Positions 27,472-38,618 of a stretch of DNA of 64,000 bases are shown piece after piece. The stretch covers positions 434,001 through 498,000 of the forward strand of contig BAAIJX010000004.1 in assembly GCA_054600435.1 (NCBI GenBank), in the 5' to 3' direction. How positions within the stretch are numbered: the first letter of the stretch is position 1; each line of letters begins with the position of its first letter. A program made the translations under genes and the position numbers. The notes under the pieces were generated by a model. The model did no database searches and was not told where the DNA came from. It saw nothing but the letters and a program-made list of their open reading frames with translations. The DNA is from Neophaeotheca triangularis (Eukaryota).

Positions 27472-28428
27472 ATGGGCCTACCAGACGCTGCGAGTTATGG
27501 GACACCCTCATCCTCATCCACTCGACAACCTTCTAGCTCGTCGCGGAAGCGCATTAGAACGCCACCTCAAACGAAAGTTGTAGACCTTACGGAGGACACA
27601 CCACCAAAGCGCAGGAAGAAATCAGCCAAACCTTCCGTTGACGAGCACCTCAACGACATTGCCAAATCAAGGAGCGCGAAGCAGGCGAAAACGTCCAAGG
27701 ACGAAGAGAAAAGACTACGGAGATGGCGCAAAGCAGCCCCGACGAGCTACCTAGAGGTTCGCGATCGAGCACTCACTCAACGCATGTTTGTGCTCGATCG
27801 CCAGAGGGACAATAGCAACCCCGAGCATCCCGCGGAAACTGTCTCAATCGCGGGTACGACAGGCAATGTCTATCAAATCACCATCGACAAGGTCCCTTCG
27901 TGCTCATGTCCACACGCACTAAAAGGCAACCAATGTAAGCACATTGCTTACGTCTTGGCCCGCGTCCTCCGCGTACCGGCAGAGTTGCAATATCAACTTG
28001 CTTTCGTCTCGACGGAGCTCAGGGAAATCTTTGCGAAAGCGCCACCACTACCATCCGAAACGGCGGAGAAGGAGACGCACGATGGCAATCGCAAACCCCT
28101 CGAGGGCGAGTGTCCTCTCTGCAGTGAGGACTTTGATCTCAACAGTCTAGAGGCCATTGTTTATTGCAAAGCGTCCTGTGGAAACAATATCCACCGAAGC
28201 TGCTTTCAACAGTGGAGCGCTACCAAGGGAGGCGGCTCTGTTCCTTGCCCGTTCTGTCGCACACCGTGGCAACAGGACGAGGCTGATGCGACGAAGAACG
28301 TGGTTAGGAATGGGCGGAAGAATGCAGAGGGCTATGTGAATGTGGCGTCTCAACTTGGGTTGAGTGGGGACCGTGATTACTCGACCTACAACCAGTGGTG
28401 GCTGTTCAACAAGTTCAGGAGAGGCTGA
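27472..28428 (+). CDS. SWIM zinc finger plus RING-type finger protein (ZSWIM2/MEKK1 N-terminus-like)
   Basis: GTTGNVY...PSCSCPH...CKH (SWIM); CPLC...CKASCGNNIHRSCFQQW...CPFCRTPW (RING); basic N-terminus. Confidence 0.88.
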   Translation: MGLPDAASYGTPSSSSTRQPSSSSRKRIRTPPQTKVVDLTEDTPPKRRKKSAKPSVDEHLNDIAKSRSAKQAKTSKDEEKRLRRWRKAAPTSYLEVRDRALTQRMFVLDRQRDNSNPEHPAETVSIAGTTGNVYQITIDKVPSCSCPHALKGNQCKHIAYVLARVLRVPAELQYQLAFVSTELREIFAKAPPLPSETAEKETHDGNRKPLEGECPLCSEDFDLNSLEAIVYCKASCGNNIHRSCFQQWSATKGGGSVPCPFCRTPWQQDEADATKNVVRNGRKNAEGYVNVASQLGLSGDRDYSTYNQWWLFNKFRRG

Positions 28429-28585
28429 TGTTGTGCTTGATGAGAAATTTGGCACGTAATGCTCTTCGTTAATTTTCATCTATCTCGTCTCAATTTTCCA
28501 ATCAGCCGTTTTGTTGGCCTTCGCTGCCAACACCGTCTGTATATTCATTGGCCATCATGGTACTCTTCCGTCCCACTCTCGCCCC

Positions 28586-30646
28586 TCAGTCATGGTGCTT
28601 GCACGCCGCCGCATAGCTCAAGCCATGCCCGAAAGTAAAAAGAGCCTCGGAGTCGAAAGGCACGTCTTCTTTAGCGTCGGCGGCCGCCTGGTCGGAGATT
28701 GGCATGTCGAACGGGAGGCGTCCCTCAGGTCTGGCCCCATTGACACCAAATACAATGTCGAGGAAAGTTTCATCAGAGCTTCCATAGCTGCCAAAGAGGG
28801 CAGCCGCTTGCTCTGCAACTTCAGGTACAGCAGCAAACCGGTTAAACGTGATGTCGACCACGGTCGGCACCTTGGCGTAGATTTCGGCTTGGCGTGCTTG
28901 CTCGGTGGCGTTGAACTCAATGGAGCCGTTGTTGATCGAGGCCTCGAGACCGAAGGGGATCGTGGGCCTGGAGGGTGAAACGTAACGCAGGAGAGCGTAG
29001 TCTGCCTCGTCTGGGGTGGCGGCCATGTTAAGACCCCGCGATTCACAGATGGTCTCGTTGATGCCCTCGATGTAAAAGCTTGCGCTGCTCGGGAGAGACA
29101 GAGGCAGGAAGTCGTCTTTGTTGGTGAGCAAGGTGAAAGAGCGTCGCTGAACGTCCTCCCCGAGGCGATTCCAATACTCGTTCCCCACTAGGCGCTCGGC
29201 CACATCAGGGTCCACGAAGCGAGCTTCGTCGAAGAGTCCAAGTTCGAATTTCTCCTTCATTAGTTTTCGCACGGAGTAGTCGATACGGGATTCAGGGATG
29301 ATTCCCTCGTTGACGAGCTCGATGATGAGTTCTGGTAACTCCTCGCCGCCGAAAATGTCACACCCGGCCTCAATAGCGCGCCTCGTCCTCTCGAGGTCCG
29401 TCTCTTCTAAGAGACCCCACCCTCTGGTGCTCACAATTCCCCAATCCGTAACAACACTGTTCGAAGCCAGAAACGAGTCAGCCTGTTCCTGTAGAATTTG
29501 AATGGGGCGAGCGTCTTACATTCCGTCAAATCCCATTTTCTCCTTCAGCAAGCCGGTAATGAGGTCTTTGTTAAAGGCAAAAGCGACCTCTTCCCAGCCA
29601 TTGCCTTCTGGCTTTGAATAATAGGGCATCACTTGTCTTACGTCTGCGGCAATGGCTAAAATGCTAATGTCAACAATCTGTCATGCCCCGGCAAGTGACA
29701 CAGCACTCACCAGCTTCAAAAGGGATCAAGTGGTAATCTTCCATGTTTCCGGGGTAAACTTGTTCCTGCCTAGCAAGTCATAAATCGTCAGTACCGGACA
29801 AGCTACAAAGCTAAAAATAGCTAATTAACTTACCCCCAGGGGAAATGACTGTCCTCGCCGTTTTTTTGAGTCGCCCCGCCGGGAAAGTGCTTAGCGGTGA
29901 TCTGGAAGAAGAATATTGGGTCAGTTGTGTTTTACTTGGAACAGTACCAGTGTCTTGCTCACGATCACAGAGTGATGGTCGATGTCCTCTCCTTGGAATC
30001 CTTTGATATATTCAACCAGCATCGACACAGTTAAGTTCGCATCTTCACTGAATGAAAATCCGGCTCTACCCCATCGCGGCTCGGTTGGGAGGTCGATCTG
30101 GGGATGGAGTGCCTGCGCCAAGCCAACGGCGCGATACTCTTCCCTGGCGATCTCAGCAAACGTACGCATGAGTTTCGGGTCGCGAAGGGCCGCGATGCCC
30201 ATGGGTTCCGGCCAGCGAGAGAAGGCCTGTCCAACGGTGTTTACCCCGAGATTTTCAGAACTTCCATGTTGTGGGTCAGATGACAGCGTGATAGGGATTC
30301 CCAGGCCAGTAGATCGGGCAAATTCCTGCACTTGGTTGTGCCATTCGGCTACAGCTCGAGCGTCGTTCACTCCGCCTGAGAATACGTACGCCGTGATTTT
30401 CTTGTCGGCGATCGTACTGTTCAGGTCCTCGTCGTCGATGGTAGTCCTGCTGTGGAAGAGCTGCCCTGCCTTATCTTGAATGTCCATCCGGGACATCAGG
30501 TCATCAACCCGGTCGTCGATGCAAAGAGTAGCGTCCTGGTAAGGAAGGAGACTCGAGTCGTTACCATGAGACTTGTGTACAGCAGCGCATGTCGTCGAGG
30601 GAATGAGCGCCGCAATGGCACTGAGAGCCGCAAAAGAGGATCGCAT
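28586..30646 (-). CDS. Secreted glycoside hydrolase family 3 (beta-glucosidase-like), 4 introns
   Basis: Signal peptide MRSSFAALSAIAALIPSTTCA; LGIP...SSDPQH, EPRWGR, KHFPG, MPYYS, VVTDWG nucleophile motif, PEGRLPFDMP, FGHGLSY. Introns lie between ~29457 and ~29962. Confidence 0.92.
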
Positions 30647-31006
30647 CTTGAGGGTCGAAGACGAAAATGTGAAAGGGACCGCGCGAAGGTTGGACTATAA
30701 GCGACCATCGATGGTATGCGGCGAGCCTTTTATATTTCGTAGTGCTGCTACTCGCGGCCACCGTGCTGCCAACAACTCTTTTCCCCATTGACGCAGTCTT
30801 GGCCCCGCAACGCTCCCCTGGAGGCAGGCTTTGTCGTCCCATCTCGTAACGAGAATGGTCACGGTGGATACCAGAAAGCTTGGAGATAAAAGGCAGAGTC
30901 TGGGCATGCAAGGCTTCGTGCAAGAGCACAGCGACACTACTACTTGCGGACGACTCCTCACCGTTCACCTGCCTCGACAAACACCAAAGACGGAACGCGG
31001 GATCCC

Positions 31007-31020
31007 CGCGCGCGCGCGCG
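31007..31020. repeat. (CG)7 dinucleotide tract
   Basis: cgcgcgcgcgcgcg, upstream of the GH3 gene. Confidence 0.8.
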
Positions 31021-31924
31021 GAGCCCTCTCTTCACGTTTGCATAATTTCTCTGTCTCAACACAACGATACCAGATCACCTCGATACTCCGAGAAAAGCAC
31101 GCGTCCAGAAAGCAAAAGAGACTCTCGACGTATATGTTATATAGAAAAGGCCTTTTCCCACCTAGGTAGGCATCAATTGTATAGGCGTGATTTGGCGTTC
31201 GATTTTCGATGTCTTTCACTTCAGGTGGGAACTTAACGTGGGAAGCTTCCCGAGGTCAGCTGTAGTCACTTGCCAAGCATCTCCGCTGTGGAGAGAAGCC
31301 GGAGAAGGCCCGTGGTCGCGTGGCACAGCGTGGTACAGTGTGGGGCCATCGGAAATCGGTCATCGGAGGAAAGTCGTCCGACAGGACGGGAGTCTGTAAA
31401 GCGAAAGAGTCGGCACTTTTGGGTAGATGCAATAGTAACAATAATAATGGGCATGCTTATATCATTACTTGGAGCATGAACAGTAAGTTAGTCGCCGAAC
31501 GTTCCAAGCTCGCCGGAGCTGCTTACCGATTTGGGCCTTTCCGCTCATGACAGAGTCACAGTGCTGGCGGTCTATGGATGGGTGCCACGGCTGTTTCTGG
31601 CGACTCTACTGGGGCCAAGGGCAAAGGAATGAATGGGCAAGGCTAGAACTGAATGAGGGAGGGAGGACTTGGGTCGCAGGCACGATTTTGCGCGTGGGGT
31701 CAGACTGCATTCAATAGGGTCGGTGGAGGCAGCGGGTACAACATTCTTGAACACCCCGTAGGGCGATAATGGCTCCGGCGAATCGACGTTGCTTGTAGTC
31801 CGAAGTCACGCTACATGGTAGGTAATAGAGATAACAGTACCATTCAATGTAGCCGCGATCCCGGTGATTCTCACGCCGAGGAAGCATGATCAAGTGCACT
31901 GATCTGACCCCAACGCCTCCACAA

Positions 31925-32200
31925 TTAGCTGCAACGCTTGCACTGCTTCGTATAGCTCAACCCGTGTCCAAAGCGGAACAAAGGGTTCTCAGTATCGAAT
32001 GGAACATCTTCCAAGGCATCGTCGACGGCTTGGTTTGAACGGGGTAGATCAAACGGCAATTTACCCTCGGGGTGAAACCCGTCAGTTCCGAAAATCGAAA
32101 CTTGAATGCGGAAAACGCGGGGCACTTGCTCCAGCGCTGCAAAGCGTACTCGCTCGACTTTCCCTCCGTTTGTCTTGGTATTGGAGAGGGGAAGCTCGAC
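31925..32200 (-). pseudogene. Relic 3' fragment of a GH3 paralogue
   Basis: IFGTDGFHPEGKLPFDLPRSNQAVDDALEDVPFDTENPLFRFGHGLSYTKQC aligns by eye to the neighbouring GH3 C-terminus VFGVNGARPEGRLPFDMPISDQAAADAKEDVPFDSEALFTFGHGLSYAAAC. No intact upstream exons were found. Confidence 0.8.
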
Positions 32201-32460
32201 TCTTCGACTATCTTGGTACAGTAGTACTGACTTCACTTGATAGCAGCGAAGAGGTTGAAAATGGACAGCGGATATAGCGGGCGCGGCATGTGCTGAGCGA
32301 CAATGGGGGGCAACTACCCCGAGTCTTTCGGCTCTCAGCACCGACTTGGCTTGCCATTGGATTCATTATTATCGCCTGGTGGGAAAGAACCACATTGAGT
32401 CGCGACAGGTACTGGTTGGAATTATTTGATCGAACTGGGCAGTCATCCTTCGACTCAGCT

Positions 32461-32506
32461 ATTCCCGGGGTGTCGGATTCCCGGGTGTCGGATTTCCGGG
32501 TGTCGA
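32461..32506. repeat. Tandem repeat, 3 x ~15 bp
   Basis: attcccggggtgtcgg / attcccgggtgtcgg / atttccgggtgtcga. Confidence 0.85.
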
Positions 32507-33136
32507 GGCGAGTACGATCCAACGAGCATTATTCCCGACATTCGAGAAACAATGTTGAGTTGCATACCTTAGCTTGCAAGGCCTCAAGTCCTTGTCGATT
32601 CAATACGACGGAAGCGATCTTTGCCTGCATCCGATCAACAACGGTTGTGATTGTTCCGAACGTAGGATAGCGTCGAGTAGGCGTGGGTATACATTCCGCG
32701 GGTTCCTGTAAGAGACGTACGCTCATGGGTCGAACTCATTCCTCCACGCTTTCCACAGGAGATTATAGCAGCTCGAAAGCGGTTTTCGACTCGTCCGGGG
32801 GCGAAATGTATTGTGCCTTCTTTCGTCGTCGGGCCCGCAGGTGCAGTTTTCGAGAGGCATGTGGACTATCAGGGGTTCCAGAGAGGAGTCTGTAACAATA
32901 AGGGTGAGTAGTCTCTGCCCAGCGTGGAGCACATCTGTGGTCGTGACCTGTTGGCTTCCGGGTTTGTGAGATCTGCGCTCGCAGCGACAGGGCAGTAGTG
33001 AGGCGGTCTTTCGCTTTTGCTGGTATCAGCCGAGGTCCAGCCGCAGATAACTTGAGCCCGAACAAATGTGGAAGGCAAATGAAGGTACAACGACAAAATC
33101 ATACTCTCTCGCCGGCTACCAGAGATCTTTCAATCA

Positions 33137-34108
33137 ATGCACGAAAGAGACACAGACCCTTCGAACAGCACCGCTCCCTCCGCGATCAAGATCGCAGCAA
33201 CCCTCGTAGCAGCGCTCGCAGTCATCCTGGCTCTTTCCAGCTCCCTTCGCTCCGTCCTCTCCAGACCTTTCCTTTCTTCCACATCCGCAAAGAGCATGAC
33301 CACGGTGGCCAACGCCGCTACAAACACCACCATGCAGATAACAAAAAGACCTTGGAATGCCCGCGGCCATGCCGATCACGGCTGGCTCTACACCTTCCAC
33401 ACCTTTAGCTTTGCATCCTACTACGATCCCTCGTACGAATCCTTCGGGCCTCTGCGAGTCATTAACGAAGATCGTGTGCAAAGGGGTGAAGGATTCGGCA
33501 AACATCCCCATAAAGAGTTCTTGATATGGAGCTATATTGTCAATGGCGAGCTCGAACACAAGGACTCTATGGGCAATACCGAGAAGCTGCGGCGAGGTGA
33601 AGTGCAGTTCACTCAGGCTGGGACTGGAGTGGCTCATTCAGAATACAATCGAAACGAAGAGGAAGATGTTCATTTTCTTCAAATATGGGCAATTCCAGAG
33701 ACTCGGGGGCTCACGCCAAGCTACAAGACGAAGAAGTTCACGGATGACATGAAGAAAGACAAGTTACTGAGGATAATGGAGTCAGCGAAAAGACACAGTG
33801 GAGGTAAAAATGAAAACGATCCAATCCCCATGCATGCCGATTTGTCTATGTCAGCCTCAATATTATCGCCGGGGATGAGCGTCACGCATGAGCTCGTAGC
33901 TGAAGGTCAAAGGAACGTCTACCTGCATGTGGTTATGGGAGGTCGCAAGCAGCCAAAGACTGGCGGTGCAAGAGTTAAAATTGGAGATGTAGAAATTGGG
34001 GAGGGTGATGGTGCATTTGTGAAAGGACTCAGCGGACCCGGCTCGCTTGGAGTGGAGAGTGTCGGGGATAAAGATGCGGAATTTCTATTGTTCGACATGG
34101 GTAACTAG
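33137..34108 (+). CDS. Pirin-family bicupin (YhhW/quercetinase-like)
   Basis: RGHADHGWL...HTFSFASYYDP...FGPLRVINED...FGKHPHKEF...HKDSMGN...AGTGVAHSE...FLQIW. Intronless, with alternative ATGs at 33296 and 33332. Confidence 0.93.
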   Translation: MHERDTDPSNSTAPSAIKIAATLVAALAVILALSSSLRSVLSRPFLSSTSAKSMTTVANAATNTTMQITKRPWNARGHADHGWLYTFHTFSFASYYDPSYESFGPLRVINEDRVQRGEGFGKHPHKEFLIWSYIVNGELEHKDSMGNTEKLRRGEVQFTQAGTGVAHSEYNRNEEEDVHFLQIWAIPETRGLTPSYKTKKFTDDMKKDKLLRIMESAKRHSGGKNENDPIPMHADLSMSASILSPGMSVTHELVAEGQRNVYLHVVMGGRKQPKTGGARVKIGDVEIGEGDGAFVKGLSGPGSLGVESVGDKDAEFLLFDMGN

Positions 34109-35297
34109 TGTCATCAGCCATCAGATGGTCGCCTTGAGATCCAGGCCAGTCGAGGCGCTAGCATGATCGAAGCGATGATATCACGTTTCACTCTTCTAAC
34201 GCTACGGCCCTCAAAGTTCTCACTCAACAGCTATTGATATTTGCCCTCTAGCACTCTTAGCGGTGTTATTGACATATCACGACACCGTGCCAGAAGTTTG
34301 CAAACGCCAAGGGCTTTTCCCGAACCAGTTCGACGGTTAATTCCAAGTCAGACTCTCCAATAACGCGAGGCATGGTCCTCTAGCGATATCCTCAACCAAG
34401 CCAAGCGTACGTTCTGGCTTGAACCCCTCTGTCGAGATCTGGATTTCGTGCAGACGGTCTCAAGACATCCGCCACGACTCACTCTCACTAGACATGAACC
34501 CGGGCGATGATCTTGTCAGCGCCAGTGATAGTGTTGCTTTATCAAAGCCATGATCTGCGCAACTAAGCGGTGCTCAAGGCGTAAGGGTCGGTAGCACGCG
34601 TCTCCAGATCGGATTCTACCATAATCGACAAAAGTTACATAGGACGTATGGGCGGAAGTAGTTGCACGAAAAGGAGGGAGTAGCCCTTAGACGATGTGCG
34701 AGCGCCGGCGGGAGACTTGAATGACCTTGTCGTCGATGCTTAGCCAATCTCAGGCGTTAGGTTAAGAGTTTGAGCAAAACCTTCGAGCTCTGACCATAGG
34801 GTAAGGTACACACGTCCTGATAGACACTGCAATTGTGGGTGAGTCTATGTGGCCTGTTCGTGTTAGAACCTAAACGAGGGGCTTCACAGACGAACAAACA
34901 GAGGAATCAGTAAATCTGGTCACCTCTCGGGGCAATAATTCGTAGGGTAGGATGTCTGTCATGGCACGTGCATTGACACCCGTATTCACAAGCATGGCCG
35001 CGCGCCAATCAATCTTGCATCGTCATGCTCCGGCAACATCTTTTTTAAGTAGGCAGGTGTAAAGCGCATTCCCATTTCCCATAAACATATGAGCCTCAAC
35101 TGCTGCCCTTCGATCAATCTCGCCCTAGTGAGCAAGTTCCCAATCCGGTTTAGCGCATTGGTGTAGTGAAGTGTCAAAAAAGCTCGAACATTTGTAAGCG
35201 ATCTAGTCACTGAATATACCTTTTCCATATCGACCGTACTGCAAACGTAGTACAACAACCACGATTAGACCCAGAGACTAGTAATAAGCAGAGCAAA

Positions 35298-38153
35298 ATG
35301 TCCGACACTTTGCTCTCAACTCTCCGGCAAAAGCTTCCAGCAGAAATTGCTGACTTGGTCGAACCCTACTTGACAAAACTCGAACAGGGCAACTTTGAGG
35401 CCATTCTGCGCGACGAAGAGGCTCAGTTACTCTTCGGACTTGGCACCAACGACGACGCGGTAGGTGGAAAAGTCGAAGGTTCCAAGATATGGACGGACTT
35501 CATCTTCCAGCGTCTGGGGAGCTTGACTGCAGACCGTTCAAAACCTGAAAGACAGTATAGCCTTTTCTGCATAGGCTATGCTGCATTGCTTGCTTTTGTG
35601 CAACTCAATGTGACGGGTCCTCCCCTTCCTTTCTCGTCGACGAAGATGCTCTTTGGCGCCGAGACAGCAGGAAACAAGCAAAAATATCAGGCGATGCGAA
35701 GCGCACTGCTTGCAAGCCTCAGCCTCGATGGCGTTGCGGCATACAAGTTGACTCCTGGAATCGAGCTGCTTTGCCTGTCCGACGCCATCATGACTGCTCC
35801 GGCTATTCTGAAAAACGTCCCAATGGCAAGATGGGCCAAGATGAGGGTTGAGTTCGTGCACCAACGACTTCTCTCTGAAGTCTCACCGACCCTGCAACGG
35901 ATGATTTACGACGACATGGACACGATTGAAGACGAGATCCTCGGACGGAATGGAGATTCCTCTGTGAGTCCAAAGGCGAGAGATGACTTTCTACTCGAGC
36001 GAGCCGCCATCCATACCCATCATGGCCAGGACAAGCAAGCAAGAGCGGATCTGGAAAAGGCGAAGATTGATCGTGGCTTTGAATTTGCGCTCACTGGGCT
36101 ACTCGGCAAGCGCACCAAATTCCAACAAAAAGACATCAGCCAGCTTGTGGTGCTTGCCAGGAGCAAAGCAGACAATGAGGGCGCCGAGAACCAAATCACC
36201 ACTTCCGGCGGCGAGAACACGAACGGTGCTTCGGCAACGGAAGGCGCATCGAGGCCAGAAGATCTTGATCTCAATGACGATACCTTGCTAGAGAAGATTT
36301 CCTTCACCAAAAAGGGCGGCTCAACGACAGACTACCAGGAAGCGTCTTCACTGCCACCGGCCATAGCCGAGCTTGACCCGGAGAACCAACCACAACTCAA
36401 TCCTCTGGATTCTTGCATCTTGTTGGCACTTGCCTCGTCAATCACGAACACTCAGCCCGAGCACGGTTTGACCAGGGAAGAAACGCTCCCTTACGCAACT
36501 CGGGTGCTCGAGGGCGGCAGTTCGAACTGGCAAGTCTACACCCAAGCATTGCTCGTCAGGAGCCGTATTGAAGGTTTCAGATCGCGAACAGTGGAGCGCG
36601 GACTTCTCCAACTACAAGCACTTGTAGATCAGCTCATCGCAGATACTTCTACGGCGGAAACTGCAGAGTTGGGTGCTGCAAACGGTTCCGCGGGATCTAC
36701 TTTTCTTCCGCGAGCAAAAGAGACCGAGAGCGCGCCCGTGAACGAGCGTTTGCGATTCGCGTTCCAGCTCGCCTCGCCAACGAGGTGGGCTCTCGAAGCG
36801 GAGTTGGCGGCTCGTTGGGTTTCGCTTGGTGGCCTCAAGTCTGCTCTCGACATTTACGAGCGTCTTGAGATGTGGGCGGAAGCTGCGTTGTGTTGGGCAG
36901 CAACGGAGCGGGAAGACAAGGCCAAGAGAATTGTCCGTAGGCAACTTTTCCACGCCACAAATGGCGGGCCTGATACGCCGGAGGAAGATGCTGGTGATGA
37001 TGAAGAGTGGCTAGGTCCTGAGAGACAGCCCGCACCACTCGATGCACCTCGGCTATACTGCATTCTCGGGGATCTCGCGCAAGACACAGACATGTTTGAG
37101 AAAGCGTGGGAAGTCTCGGGCCAGCGCTACGCCAGAGCGCAACGCTCACTCGGCAGACACTACCTCACCACTCGCGACTTTGTCAAAGCAGCTGGCGGCT
37201 ACAGCAAGAGTTTGACAGTAGACCAACTCAACGAAAGCAGCTGGTTCGCTTTAGGCTGCGCTCTCCTAGAACTAGCCCAGTTCGACCGAGCCGTCGAAGC
37301 CTTCACCCGTTGCGTCCAACTCGTCGAAGACGACGCCGAAGCCTGGAGCAACCTCGCAGCAGCCCTGCTACGCACCGAGCCGTCCCCGGAAACCCACGAG
37401 CGCGCCAACGACCTCTCCAACAACCAAACCGACACCGAAGACTCTCTCACCTCCGAAAACCCCCCAGATCCCCAACAACCCCGCCTCGACGCCCTCAAAG
37501 CTCTCAAACGCGCCGCAGCGCTCAAACACGACTCCCCCAAAATCTGGCAAAACGTGCTCATCGTAGCCGCCTCGCTGTCACCACCCGACTACATGTCCAT
37601 CCTCACAGCACAACAACGCATCATCAAACTCCGCGGCTCAGTGGAAGGCGAGAGCTGCGTCGACGTGCAAATCCTCACGCTGCTGGTGCGCCATCTCATA
37701 GCATCCTCCGAGGGCTACGACCCGGAAACACCCGGGCTCACGCGTATGGCTGTCAAGTTTATCGACCAGAGCGTCGTACCGCTCATCACGGCTTCGGCGG
37801 ACCTGTGGAGACTAGTCGCCCAGCTTACGCTTTGGCGGAAGAAACCCTCATCGGCTCTGGAAGCGGAAGAGAAGGCCTGGCGAGCTGTTCTCGCGCAACC
37901 GGGTTGGGAGTACGAGAGCGAGGAGCGCTGGGAAGGTGTCGTGGAAGCTACGGTACGGTTGTGTGATGCGTACGAGTCGCTGGGGCCGCAGGAGAGGACG
38001 GAAGGGTTGGGGGCGGGGGAGTTGGTGGCTAAGGATTGGAAGTTCAAGGCTAGGAGTGCGGTTAGGGGGGTCATGAGTAAAGGACGGGATAGCTGGGATG
38101 GGACCAAGGGGTGGGAGAGGTTGGAGGAGGTCATGGAGGAGCTTAAGGCGTGA
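35298..38153 (+). CDS. EMW1: TPR protein Emw1/TTC27
   Basis: 951-aa intronless ORF. FVQLNVTGP, LTGLLGKRTKFQQ, DLNDDTLLE, NWQVYTQALLVRSRIE...RTVERGLLQLQALV, and TPRs (YARAQRSLG, WFALGCA, EAWSNLAA). Confidence 0.88.
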   Translation: MSDTLLSTLRQKLPAEIADLVEPYLTKLEQGNFEAILRDEEAQLLFGLGTNDDAVGGKVEGSKIWTDFIFQRLGSLTADRSKPERQYSLFCIGYAALLAFVQLNVTGPPLPFSSTKMLFGAETAGNKQKYQAMRSALLASLSLDGVAAYKLTPGIELLCLSDAIMTAPAILKNVPMARWAKMRVEFVHQRLLSEVSPTLQRMIYDDMDTIEDEILGRNGDSSVSPKARDDFLLERAAIHTHHGQDKQARADLEKAKIDRGFEFALTGLLGKRTKFQQKDISQLVVLARSKADNEGAENQITTSGGENTNGASATEGASRPEDLDLNDDTLLEKISFTKKGGSTTDYQEASSLPPAIAELDPENQPQLNPLDSCILLALASSITNTQPEHGLTREETLPYATRVLEGGSSNWQVYTQALLVRSRIEGFRSRTVERGLLQLQALVDQLIADTSTAETAELGAANGSAGSTFLPRAKETESAPVNERLRFAFQLASPTRWALEAELAARWVSLGGLKSALDIYERLEMWAEAALCWAATEREDKAKRIVRRQLFHATNGGPDTPEEDAGDDEEWLGPERQPAPLDAPRLYCILGDLAQDTDMFEKAWEVSGQRYARAQRSLGRHYLTTRDFVKAAGGYSKSLTVDQLNESSWFALGCALLELAQFDRAVEAFTRCVQLVEDDAEAWSNLAAALLRTEPSPETHERANDLSNNQTDTEDSLTSENPPDPQQPRLDALKALKRAAALKHDSPKIWQNVLIVAASLSPPDYMSILTAQQRIIKLRGSVEGESCVDVQILTLLVRHLIASSEGYDPETPGLTRMAVKFIDQSVVPLITASADLWRLVAQLTLWRKKPSSALEAEEKAWRAVLAQPGWEYESEERWEGVVEATVRLCDAYESLGPQERTEGLGAGELVAKDWKFKARSAVRGVMSKGRDSWDGTKGWERLEEVMEELKA

Positions 38154-38618
38154 TTGTGTGTGTGGAGGGGGAAAAGGTTTTTGGGCTGGCGTGGGTGTTG
38201 TGAGTGGGTTTACGTACGGGGTGAACGAATGTTCTTTTTGTATGCCTTTTGGTTGCTTCGCCACCGTACGTCTGGTTCGCTATTGCAAGTGTCTCGACAA
38301 CATGGACTCGGGGCTCAATTTGGCTCGCCTGCTTGTACGTGCCCCCGGATGTCATTTGACTCTTTCTGTTGCTCCATCTGATGAGATGATGACACCTCAA
38401 CGGACTTGATGCAAACCTTCCGCGACATGTTCGAAGTAGTAGATATTACAATGGGTATAATCTTCTCATCATGCAAACCATTCTCAAAGAGTCGTGACTT
38501 TTTGGTATAACCTCCCATGACCCATTATATCGCCGTGAGAAGATACCCACGCAGTTCTCAGAACGCGAAAAGGCAGAATCGTATCCAAAAAATCCAAAAG
38601 AAACCTCCTCTTCTAATC

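Noticed and set aside
34110..35290. Intergenic 1.2 kb between pirin and EMW1
   Set aside because: No credible ORF, repeat or RNA structure found by eye.
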